Shown here in pieces: positions 24,001 through 36,900 of a DNA stretch of 39,894 nucleotides (its first letter is position 1; every line of letters starts with the position of its first letter). The translations under genes were made by a program, and so were the position numbers. Origin of the DNA: Utricularia gibba (lineage: Eukaryota; Plantae; Magnoliophyta); assembly GCA_002189035.1 (NCBI GenBank), contig NEEC01000057.1:1-39894 (forward strand), read 5' to 3'. The notes beneath the pieces are model-generated. The model saw nothing but the letters and a program-made list of their open reading frames with translations. It searched no databases and was not told the origin of the DNA.

Positions 24001-27000
24001 GTCCTTCCTTGGTGGCTGCGTCTAAGAATGTGCTTCTCGTTCTCGACATTGATGCAAATGGGATACACGGCAAAAGAATCAAATAGCCACTAGAGACATG
24101 GTGTATGGGAATGGTGCATCAAGAATCAGAAGTATCATAGCAACTAATTGAATCAATCAACAGCCAAAACATATGGTGTCAAACTTCATCGGATATGCGA
24201 TCAAGATGGAAAAAAGTCACATGTTACATCATGAATTTCGTGGCATCACTTATCCCAACACTGTTGTATACTCAGGATATGCGTAAATATTTATTTTTAA
24301 CAAATCCGGTGCACGTGTGATTTTTCGGCTGCATCCCGAATGGTGATGCGCAATGAAATGACTATGTCGCACATCCTGGTCCACGAAGCACCTCTTCGAA
24401 AACATGTAGAGCCTTACTCTTCATAGCACACCATTGGGAAGCTTTATTCGTGCTCCAAGTAATATCATATGGAGTTACGTTTTTCCGATAACTGTGGACA
24501 TATTAAAAACAACCTCAACGAAAAGTGTCTTCCGTGTCCTTCCTTGGTGGCTGCGTCTAAGAATGTGCTTCTCGTTCTCGACATTGATGCAAATGGGATA
24601 CACGGCAAAAGAATCAAATAGCCACTAGAGACATGGTGTATGGGAATGGTGCATCAAGAATCAGAAGTATCATAGCAACTAATTGAATCAATCAACAGCC
24701 AAAACATATGGTGTCAAACTTCATCGGATATGCGATCAAGATGGAAAAAAGTCACATGTTACATCATGAATTTCGTGGCATCACTTATCCCAACACTGTT
24801 GTATACTCAGGATATGCGTAAATATTTATTTTTAACAAATCCGGTGCACGTGTGATTTTTCGGCTGCATCCCGAATGGTGATGCGCAATGAAATGACTAT
24901 GTCGCACATCCTGGTCCACGAAGCACCTCTTCGAAAACATGTAGAGCCTTACTCTTCATAGCACACCATTGGGAAGCTTTATTCGTGCTCCAAGTAATAT
25001 CATATGGAGTTACGTTTTTCCGATAACTGTGGACATATTAAAAACAACCTCAACGAAAAGTGTCTTCCGTGTCCTTCCTTGGTGGCTGCGTCTAAGAATG
25101 TGCTTCTCGTTCTCGACATTGATGCAAATGGGATACACGGCAAAAGAATCAAATAGCCACTAGAGACATGGTGTATGGGAATGGTGCATCAAGAATCAGA
25201 AGTATCATAGCAACTAATTGAATCAATCAACAGCCAAAACATATGGTGTCAAACTTCATCGGATATGCGATCAAGATGGAAAAAAGTCACATGTTACATC
25301 ATGAATTTCGTGGCATCACTTATCCCAACACTGTTGTATACTCAGGATATGCGTAAATATTTATTTTTAACAAATCCGGTGCACGTGTGATTTTTCGGCT
25401 GCATCCCGAATGGTGATGCGCAATGAAATGACTATGTCGCACATCCTGGTCCACGAAGCACCTCTTCGAAAACATGTAGAGCCTTACTCTTCATAGCACA
25501 CCATTGGGAAGCTTTATTCGTGCTCCAAGTAATATCATATGGAGTTACGTTTTTCCGATAACTGTGGACATATTAAAAACAACCTCAACGAAAAGTGTCT
25601 TCCGTGTCCTTCCTTGGTGGCTGCGTCTAAGAATGTGCTTCTCGTTCTCGACATTGATGCAAATGGGATACACGGCAAAAGAATCAAATAGCCACTAGAG
25701 ACATGGTGTATGGGAATGGTGCATCAAGAATCAGAAGTATCATAGCAACTAATTGAATCAATCAACAGCCAAAACATATGGTGTCAAACTTCATCGGATA
25801 TGCGATCAAGATGGAAAAAAGTCACATGTTACATCATGAATTTCGTGGCATCACTTATCCCAACACTGTTGTATACTCAGGATATGCGTAAATATTTATT
25901 TTTAACAAATCCGGTGCACGTGTGATTTTTCGGCTGCATCCCGAATGGTGATGCGCAATGAAATGACTATGTCGCACATCCTGGTCCACGAAGCACCTCT
26001 TCGAAACATGTAGAGCCTTACTCTTCATAGCACACCATTGGGAAGCTTTATTCGTGCTCCAAGTAATATCATATGGAGTTACGTTTTTCCGATAACTGTG
26101 GACATATTAAAAACAACCTCAACGAAAAGTGTCTTCCGTGTCCTTCCTTGGTGGCTGCGTCTAAGAATGTGCTTCTCGTTCTCGACATTGATGCAAATGG
26201 GATACACGGCAAAAGAATCAAATAGCCACTAGAGACATGGTGTATGGGAATGGTGCATCAAGAATCAGAAGTATCATAGCAACTAATTGAATCAATCAAC
26301 AGCCAAAACATATGGTGTCAAACTTCATCGGATATGCGATCAAGATGGAAAAAAGTCACATGTTACATCATGAATTTCGTGGCATCACTTATCCCAACAC
26401 TGTTGTATACTCAGGATATGCGTAAATATTTATTTTTAACAAATCCGGTGCACGTGTGATTTTTCGGCTGCATCCCGAATGGTGATGCGCAATGAAATGA
26501 CTATGTCGCACATCCTGGTCCACGAAGCACCTCTTCGAAACATGTAGAGCCTTACTCTTCATAGCACACCATTGGGAAGCTTTATTCGTGCTCCAAGTAA
26601 TATCATATGGAGTTACGTTTTTCCGATAACTGTGGACATATTAAAAACAACCTCAACGAAAAGTGTCTTCCGTGTCCTTCCTTGGTGGCTGCGTCTAAGA
26701 ATGTGCTTCTCGTTCTCGACATTGATGCAAATACACGGCAAAAGAATCAAATAGCCACTAGAGACATGGTGTATGGGAATGGTGCATCAAGAATCAGAAG
26801 TATCATAGCAACTAATTGAATCAATCAACAGCCAAAACATATGGTGTCAAACTTCATCGGATATGCGATCAAGATGGAAAAAAGTCACATGTTACATCAT
26901 GAATTTCGTGGCATCACTTATCCCAACACTGTTGTATACTCAGGATATGCGTAAATATTTATTTTTAACAAATCCGGTGCACGTGTGATTTTTCGGCTGC

Positions 27001-27156
27001 ATCCCGAATGGTGATGCGCAATGAAATGACTATGTCGCACATCCTGGTCCACGAAGCACCTCTTCGAAAACATGTAGAGCCTTACTCTTCATAGCACACC
27101 ATTGGGAAGCTTTATTCGTGCTCCAAGTAATATCATATGGAGTTACGTTTTTCCGA

Positions 27157-27376
27157 TCAACTGTGGACATATTAAAAACATCACACATGTTACATCACGA
27201 AAAGTTGTCTCAGGATATGCCAAATCCGGTGTCGGCTTCCCGAATGGTGATGTGGACTATGTCGTCCTGGTCCACGAAGCAATGTAGCCTTACTCTTCAT
27301 AGTTCTCGAAGTAATATCATATGGAGTTACGCCGATAACTGTGGACATATTAAAAACAACCTCAACGAAAAGTGTC
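27157..27376 (+). repeat. Scrambled, compressed monomer fragment block
   Basis: Short monomer pieces lie mostly in native order with the sequence between them missing (CACATGTTACATCA, CAGGATATGC, CAAATCCGGTG, CCCGAATGGTGATG, TCCTGGTCCACGAAGCA ...). ORF spacing is 637 instead of 535. Confidence 0.88.
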
Positions 27377-28435
27377 AAAAGAATCAAATAGCCACTAGAG
27401 ACATGGTGTATGGGAATGGTGCATCAAGAATCAGAAGTATCATAGCAACTAATTGAATCAATCAACAGCCAAAACATATGGTGTCAAACTTCATCGGATA
27501 TGCGATCAAGATGGAAAAAAGTCACATGTTACATCATGAATTTCGTGGCATCACTTATCCCAACACTGTTGTATACTCAGGATATGCGTAAATATTTATT
27601 TTTAACAAATCCGGTGCACGTGTGATTTTTCGGCTGCATCCCGAATGGTGATGCGCAATGAAATGACTATGTCGCACATCCTGGTCCACGAAGCACCTCT
27701 TCGAAAACATGTAGAGCCTTACTCTTCATAGCACACCATTGGGAAGCTTTATTCGTGCTCCAAGTAATATCATATGGAGTTACGTTTTTCCGATAACTGT
27801 GGACATATTAAAAACAACCTCAACGAAAAGTGTCTTCCGTGTCCTTCCTTGGTGGCTGCGTCTAAGAATGTGCTTCTCGTTCTCGACATTGATGCAAATG
27901 GGATACACGGCAAAAGAATCAAATAGCCACTAGAGACATGGTGTATGGGAATGGTGCATCAAGAATCAGAAGTATCATAGCAACTAATTGAATCAATCAA
28001 CAGCCAAAACATATGGTGTCAAACTTCATCGGATATGCGATCAAGATGGAAAAAAGTCACATGTTACATCATGAATTTCGTGGCATCACTTATCCCAACA
28101 CTGTTGTATACTCAGGATATGCGTAAATATTTATTTTTAACAAATCCGGTGCACGTGTGATTTTTCGGCTGCATCCCGAATGGTGATGCGCAATGAAATG
28201 ACTATGTCGCACATCCTGGTCCACGAAGCACCTCTTCGAAACATGTAGAGCCTTACTCTTCATAGCACACCATTGGGAAGCTTTATTCGTGCTCCAAGTA
28301 ATATCATATGGAGTTACGTTTTTCCGATAACTGTGGACATATTAAAAACAACCTCAACGAAAAGTGTCTTCCGTGTCCTTCTTGGTGGCTGCGTCTAAGA
28401 ATGTGCTTCTCGTTCTCGACATTGATGCAAATGGG

Positions 28436-28512
28436 AAGAATCTTGTCTTCTCGACTGTTGCAAAGTAATGGAGTTACGTACACGTGTCAAAAGAATTGAT
28501 GCAAATGGGAGG
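28436..28512 (+). repeat. Short mosaic insertion (~70 bp) built from monomer fragments
   Basis: AAGAATCTTGTCTTCTCGACTGTTGCAAAGTAATGGAGTTACGTACACGTGTCAAAAGAATTGATGCAAATGGGA interrupts a normal monomer; its 6-12-nt pieces resemble other parts of the monomer. Confidence 0.85.
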
Positions 28513-31500
28513 CAAAAGAATCAAATAGCCACTAGAGACATGGTGTATGGGAATGGTGCATCAAGAATCAGAAGTATCATAGCAACTAATTGAATCAATC
28601 AACAGCCAAAACATATGGTGTCAAACTTCATCGGATATGCGATCAAGATGGAAAAAAGTCACATGTTACATCATGAATTTCGTGGCATCACTTATCCCAA
28701 CACTGTTGTATACTCAGGATATGCGTAAATATTTATTTTTAACAAATCCGGTGCACGTGTGATTTTTCGGCTGCATCCCGAATGGTGATGCGCAATGAAA
28801 TGACTATGTCGCACATCCTGGTCCACGAAGCACCTCTTCGATGTAGAGCCTTACTCTTCATAGCACACCATTGGGAAGCTTTATTCGTGCTCCAAGTAAT
28901 ATCATATGGAGTTACGTTTTTCCGATAACTGTGGACATATTAAAAACAACCTCAACGAAAAGTGTCTTCCGTGTCCTTCCTTGGTGGCTGCGTCTAAGAA
29001 TGTGCTTCTCGTTCTCGACATTGATGCAAATGGGATACACGGCAAAAGAATCAAATAGCCACTAGAGACATGGTGTATGGGAATGGTGCATCAAGAATCA
29101 GAAGTATCATAGCAACTAATTGAATCAATCAACAGCCAAAACATATGGTGTCAAACTTCATCGGATATGCGATCAAGATGGAAAAAAGTCACATGTTACA
29201 TCATGAATTTCGTGGCATCACTTATCCCAACACTGTTGTATACTCAGGATATGCGTAAATATTTATTTTTAACAAATCCGGTGCACGTGTGATTTTTCGG
29301 CTGCATCCCGAATGGTGATGCGCAATGAAATGACTATGTCGCACATCCTGGTCCACGAAGCACCTCTTCGAAACATGTAGAGCCTTACTCTTCATAGCAC
29401 ACCATTGGGAAGCTTTATTCGTGCTCCAAGTAATATCATATGGAGTTACGTTTTTCCGATAACTGTGGACATATTAAAAACAACCTCAACGAAAAGTGTC
29501 TTCCGTGTCCTTCCTTGGTGGCTGCGTCTAAGAATGTGCTTCTCGTTCTCGACATTGATGCAAATGGGATACACGGCAAAAGAATCAAATAGCCACTAGA
29601 GACATGGTGTATGGGAATGGTGCATCAAGAATCAGAAGTATCATAGCAACTAATTGAATCAATCAACAGCCAAAACATATGGTGTCAAACTTCATCGGAT
29701 ATGCGATCAAGATGGAAAAAAGTCACATGTTACATCATGAATTTCGTGGCATCACTTATCCCAACACTGTTGTATACTCAGGATATGCGTAAATATTTAT
29801 TTTTAACAAATCCGGTGCACGTGTGATTTTTCGGCTGCATCCCGAATGGTGATGCGCAATGAAATGACTATGTCGCACATCCTGGTCCACGAAGCACCTC
29901 TTCGAAACATGTAGAGCCTTACTCTTCATAGCACACCATTGGGAAGCTTTATTCGTGCTCCAAGTAATATCATATGGAGTTACGTTTTCCGATAACTGTG
30001 GACATATTAAAAACAACCTCAACGAAAAGTGTCTTCCGTGTCCTTCTTGGTGGCTGCGTCTAAGAATGTGCTTCTCGTTCTCGACATTGATGCAAATGGG
30101 ATACACGGCAAAAGAATCAAATAGCCACTAGAGACATGGTGTATGGGAATGGTGCATCAAGAATCAGAAGTATCATAGCAACTAATTGAATCAATCAACA
30201 GCCAAAACATATGGTGTCAAACTTCATCGGATATGCGATCAAGATGGAAAAAAGTCACATGTTACATCATGAATTTCGTGGCATCACTTATCCCAACACT
30301 GTTGTATACTCAGGATATGCGTAAATATTTATTTTTAACAAATCCGGTGCACGTGTGATTTTTCGGCTGCATCCCGAATGGTGATGCGCAATGAAATGAC
30401 TATGTCGCACATCCTGGTCCACGAAGCACCTCTTCGAAAACATGTAGAGCCTTACTCTTCATAGCACACCATTGGGAAGCTTTATTCGTGCTCCAAGTAA
30501 TATCATATGGAGTTACGTTTTTCCGATAACTGTGGACATATTAAAAACAACCTCAACGAAAAGTGTCTTCCGTGTCCTTCCTTGGTGGCTGCGTCTAAGA
30601 ATGTGCTTCTCGTTCTCGACATTGATGCAAATGGGATACACGGCAAAAGAATCAAATAGCCACTAGAGACATGGTGTATGGGAATGGTGCATCAAGAATC
30701 AGAAGTATCATAGCAACTAATTGAATCAATCAACAGCCAAAACATATGGTGTCAAACTTCATCGGATATGCGATCAAGATGGAAAAAAGTCACATGTTAC
30801 ATCATGAATTTCGTGGCATCACTTATCCCAACACTGTTGTATACTCAGGATATGCGTAAATATTTATTTTTAACAAATCCGGTGCACGTGTGATTTTTCG
30901 GCTGCATCCCGAATGGTGATGCGCAATGAAATGACTATGTCGCACATCCTGGTCCACGAAGCACCTCTTCGAACATGTAGAGCCTTACTCTTCATAGCAC
31001 ACCATTGGGAAGCTTTATTCGTGCTCCAAGTAATATCATATGGAGTTACGTTTTTCCGATAACTGTGGACATATTAAAAACAACCTCAACGAAAAGTGTC
31101 TTCCGTGTCCTTCCTTGGTGGCTGCGTCTAAGAATGTGCTTCTCGTTCTCGACATTGATGCAAATGGGATACACGGCAAAAGAATCAAATAGCCACTAGA
31201 GACATGGTGTATGGGAATGGTGCATCAAGAATCAGAAGTATCATAGCAACTAATTGAATCAATCAACAGCCAAAACATATGGTGTCAAACTTCATCGGAT
31301 ATGCGATCAAGATGGAAAAAAGTCACATGTTACATCATGAATTTCGTGGCATCACTTATCCCAACACTGTTGTATACTCAGGATATGCGTAAATATTTAT
31401 TTTTAACAAATCCGGTGCACGTGTGATTTTTCGGCTGCATCCCGAATGGTGATGCGCAATGAAATGACTATGTCGCACATCCTGGTCCACGAAGCACCTC

Positions 31501-32590
31501 TTCGAAAACATGTAGAGCCTTACTCTTCATAGCACACCATTGGGAAGCTTTATTCGTGCTCAAGTAATATCATATGGAGTTACGTTTTTCCGATAACTGT
31601 GGACATATTAAAAACAACCTCAACGAAAAGTGTCTTCCGTGTCCTTCCTTGGTGGCTGCGTCTAAGAATGTGCTTCTCGTTCTCGAATTGATGCAAATGG
31701 GATACACGGCAAAAGAATCAAATAGCCACTAGAGACATGGTGTATGGGAATGGTGCATCAAGAATCAGAAGTATCATAGCAACTAATTGAATCAATCAAC
31801 AGCCAAAACATATGGTGTCAAACTTCATCGGATATGCGATCAAGATGGAAAAAAGTCACATGTTACATCATGAATTTCGTGGCATCACTTATCCCAACAC
31901 TGTTGTATACTCAGGATATGCGTAAATATTTATTTTTAACAAATCCGGTGCACGTGTGATTTTTCGGCTGCATCCCGAATGGTGATGCGCAATGAAATGA
32001 CTATGTCGCACATCCTGGTCCACGAAGCACCTCTTCGAAAACATGTAGAGCCTTACTCTTCATAGCACACCATTGGGAAGCTTTATTCGTGCTCCAAGTA
32101 ATATCATATGGAGTTACGTTTTTCCGATAACTGTGGACATATTAAAAACAACCTCAACGAAAAGTGTCTTCCGTGTCCTTCCTTGGTGGCTGCGTCTAAG
32201 AATGTGCTTCTCGTTCTCGACATTGATGCAAATGGGATACACGGCAAAAGAATCAAATAGCCACTAGAGACATGGTGTATGGGAATGGTGCATCAAGAAT
32301 CAGAAGTATCATAGCAACTAATTGAATCAATCAACAGCCAAAACATATGGTGTCAAACTTCATCGGATATGCGATCAAGATGGAAAAAAGTCACATGTTA
32401 CATCATGAATTTCGTGGCATCACTTATCCCAACACTGTTGTATACTCAGGATATGCGTAAATATTTATTTTTAACAAATCCGGTGCACGTGTGATTTTTC
32501 GGCTGCATCCCGAATGGTGATGCGCAATGAAATGACTATGTCGCACATCCTGGTCCACGAAGCACCTCTTCGAAAACATGTAGAGCCTTA

Positions 32591-33925
32591 CGTTTTTCGT
32601 GCTCCAAGTAATATATATGGAGTTACGTTTTCCGATAACTGTGGACATATTAAAACAACCACAACGAAAAGTGTCTTACGTGTCCTTCCTTGGTGGCTGC
32701 GTTAATTTGCTTCGGCTGCAAAAGAATCCCACTAGAATGGTGATGCATCAAGCAATATCATAGAACTAATGAATCTAACAGCCAAAACATATGTGTCAAA
32801 CTTCATCGGATATGCATCAAGATGGAAAAAAGTCACATGTTACATCATGAATTTCGTGGCATCACTTATCCCAACACTGTTGTATACTCAGGATATGCGT
32901 AAATATTTATTTTTAACAAATCCGTGCACGTGTGATTTTTCGGCTGAAACATGTACTATGAGGTCCTTAACAGCCAAAACATCAAACTTCATCGGATATG
33001 CGATTCATAGCACACCATTGGGAAGCTATTCGCACATCCTGGTCCACGAAGCACCTCTTCCAAAACATGCAGAGCCTAACTCTTCATAGCACACCATCGT
33101 TTGTCCGATAACTGTGGACATATTAAAACAAACCACAACGAAAAGTGTCTTACGTGTCCTTCCTTGGTGGCTGCGTTTAATAATTGTGCTTCTCGTAATA
33201 TCATATGCGCAATGAAATGACTATGTCGCACATCCTGAGTTAGTATAATATGGAGTTACGAAAAGTGTCTTACGTGTCCTTCCTTGGTGGCTGCGTTTAA
33301 TTTTTCATCAAGAATCAGAAGTATCATGTATGGTGTCAAACTTCATCGGACATATTAAAAACGCAACCTCAACGTTCTCGAATTGATGCAACGGCAAAAG
33401 AATCAAATAAAGAATCAGAAGTATCATAGTGTCTTATGCGATCAAGATGGAAAAAAGTCACATGTTACATCATGAATTTCGTGGCATCACGGATGCGTAA
33501 ATATTTATTTTTAACAAATCCGGTGCACGTGTGATTTTTCGGCTGCACCCGAATGGTGATGCCTTCCTTGGTGGGCAAAAGAATCTGCAAACTTCATCGT
33601 CTATCAGAATGTATGTCGCTCTTCCAAAATGCAGAGCTCGTTTGTCCGATAACTGTGGACATATTAAAAACACCACAACGAAAAGTGTTCAAATAGCCAC
33701 TAGAGACATGGTGTAAGGGAATGGTGCATCGACTCAGGATATGCGTAAATATTTATTTTTAACAAATCCGGTGCACGTGTGATTTTTCGGCTGCACCCGA
33801 ATGGTGATTGATGCAAATGGGATACACGGCAAAAGAATCAAATAGCCACTAGAGACATGGTGTATGGAATGGTGCATCAAGAATCAGAAGTATCATAGCA
33901 ACTAATTGAATCAATCAACTTCATC
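32591..33925 (+). repeat. ~1.3-kb scrambled block of monomer fragments carrying recurrent variant bases
   Basis: Reordered and truncated monomer pieces on the same strand, with repeated non-consensus motifs (CCACAACG, TCTTACGTG, GCGTTTAA, GCTGCACCCG, TTTGTCCGATA, CCAAAA(C)ATGCAGAGC). Confidence 0.9.
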
Positions 33926-36900
33926 GCCAAAACATATGGTGTCAAACTTCATCGGATATGCGATCAAGATGGAAAAAAGTCACATGTTACATCATGAATT
34001 TCGTGGCATCACTTATCCCAACACTGTTGTATACTCAGGATATGCGTAAATATTTATTTTTAACAAATCCGGTGCACGTGTGATTTTTCGGCTGCATCCC
34101 GAATGGTGATGCGCAATGAAATGACTATGTCGCACATCCTGGTCCACGAAGCACCTCTTCGAAAACATGTAGAGCCTTACTCTTCATAGCACACCATTGG
34201 AAGCTTTATTCGTGCTCCAAGTAATATCATATGGAGTTACGTTTTTCCGATAACTGTGGACATATTAAAAACAACCTCAACGAAAAGTGTCTTCCGTGTC
34301 CTTCCTTGGTGGCTGCGTCTAAGAATGTGCTTCTCGTTCTCGACATTGATGCAAATGGGATACACGGCAAAAGAATCAAATAGCCACTAGAGACATGGTG
34401 TATGGGAATGGTGCATCAAGAATCAGAAGTATCATAGCAACTAATTGAATCAATCAACAGCCAAAACATATGGTGTCAAACTTCATCGGATATGCGATCA
34501 AGATGGAAAAAAGTCACATGTTACATCATGAATTTCGTGGCATCACTTATCCCAACACTGTTGTATACTCAGGATATGCGTAAATATTTATTTTTAACAA
34601 ATCCGGTGCACGTGTGATTTTTCGGCTGCATCCCGAATGGTGATGCGCAATGAAATGACTATGTCGCACATCCTGGTCCACGAAGCACCTCTTCGAAAAC
34701 ATGTAGAGCCTTACTCTTCATAGCACACCATTGGAAGCTTATTCGTGCTCCAAGTAATATCATATGGAGTTACGTTTTTCCGATAACTGTGGACATATTA
34801 AAAACAACCTCAACGAAAAGTGTCTTCGTGTCCTTCCTTGGTGGCTGCGTCTAAGAATGTGCTTCTCGTTCTCGACATTTGCAAATGGATACACGGCAAA
34901 AGAATCAAATAGCCACTAGAGACATGGTGTATGGGAATGGTGCATCAAGAATCAGAAGTATCATAGCAACTAATTGAATCAATCAACAGCCAAAACATAT
35001 GGTGTCAAACTTCATCGGATATGCGATCAAGATGGAAAAAAGTCACATGTTACATCATGAATTTCGTGGCATCACTTATCCCAACACTGTTGTATACTCA
35101 GGATATGCGTAAATATTTATTTTTAACAAATCCGGTGCACGTGTGATTTTTCGGCTGCATCCCGAATGGTGATGCGCAATGAAATGACTATGTCGCACAT
35201 CCTGGTCCACGAAGCACCTCTTCGAAAACATGTAGAGCCTTACTCTTCATAGCACACCATTGGGAAGCTTTATTCGTGCTCCAAGTAATATCATATGGAG
35301 TTACGTTTTTCCGATAACTGTGGACATATTAAAAACAACCTCAACGAAAAGTGTCTTCCGTGTCCTTCCTTGGTGGCTGCGTCTAAGAATGTGCTTCTCG
35401 TTCTCGACATTGATGCAAATGGGATACACGCAAAAGAATCAAATAGCCACTAGAGACATGGTGTATGGAATGGTGCATCAAGAATCAGAAGTATCATAGC
35501 AACTAATTGAATCAATCAACAGCCAAAACATATGGTGTCAAACTTCATCGGATATGCGATCAAGATGGAAAAAGTCACATGTTACATCATGAATTTCGTG
35601 GCATCACTTATCCCAACACTGTTGTATACTCAGGATATGCGTAAATATTTATTTTTAACAAATCCGGTGCACGTGTGATTTTTCGGCTGCATCCCGAATG
35701 GTGATGCGCAATGAAATGACTATGTCGCACATCCTGGTCCACGAAGCACCTCTTCGAAACATGTAGAGCCTTACTCTTCATAGCACACCATTGGAAGCTT
35801 TATTCGTGCTCCAAGTAATATCATATGGAGTTACGTTTTTCCGATAACTGTGGACATATTAAAAACAACCTCAACGAAAAGTGTCTTCCGTGTCCTTCCT
35901 TGGTGGCTGCGTCTAAGAATGTGCTTCTCGTTCTCGACATTGATGCAAATGGGATACACGGCAAAAGAATCAAATAGCCACTAGAGACATGGTGTATGGG
36001 AATGGTGCATCAAGAATCAGAAGTATCATAGCAACTAATTGAATCAATCAACAGCCAAAACATATGGTGTCAAACTTCATCGGATATGCGATCAAGATGG
36101 AAAAAAGTCACATGTTACATCATGAATTTCGTGGCATCACTTATCCCAACACTGTTGTATACTCAGGATATGCGTAAATATTTATTTTTAACAAATCCGG
36201 TGCACGTGTGATTTTTCGGCTGCATCCCGAATGGTGATGCGCAATGAAATGACTATGTCGCACATCCTGGTCCACGAAGCACCTCTTCAAAACATGTAGA
36301 GCCTTACTCTTCATAGCACACCATTGGGAAGCTTTATTCGTGCTCAAGTAATATCATATGGAGTTACGTTTTTCCGATAACTGTGGACATATTAAAAACA
36401 ACCTCAACGAAAAGTGTCTTCCGTGTCCTTCCTTGGTGGCTGCGTCTAAGAATGTGCTTCTCGTTCTCGACATTGATGCAAATGGATACACGGCAAAAGA
36501 ATCAAATAGCCACTAGAGACATGGTGTATGGGAATGGTGCATCAAGAATCAGAAGTATCATAGCAACTAATTGAATCAATCAACAGCCAAAACATATGGT
36601 GTCAAACTTCATCGGATATGCGATCAAGATGGAAAAAAGTCACATGTTACATCATGAATTTCGTGGCATCACTTATCCCAACACTGTTGTATACTCAGGA
36701 TATGCGTAAATATTTATTTTTAACAAATCCGGTGCACGTGTGATTTTTCGGCTGCATCCCGAATGGTGATGCGCAATGAAATGACTATGTCGCACATCCT
36801 GGTCCACGAAGCACCTCTTCGAAAACATGTAGAGCCTTACTCTTCATAGCACACCATTGGGAAGCTTTATTCGTGCTCCAAGTAATATCATATGGAGTTA

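Noticed and set aside
26725-26740. 5-bp deletion GATGCAAAT(GGGAT)ACACGG
   Set aside because: It is a single small event with 2-nt microhomology and cannot be told apart from sequencing error.
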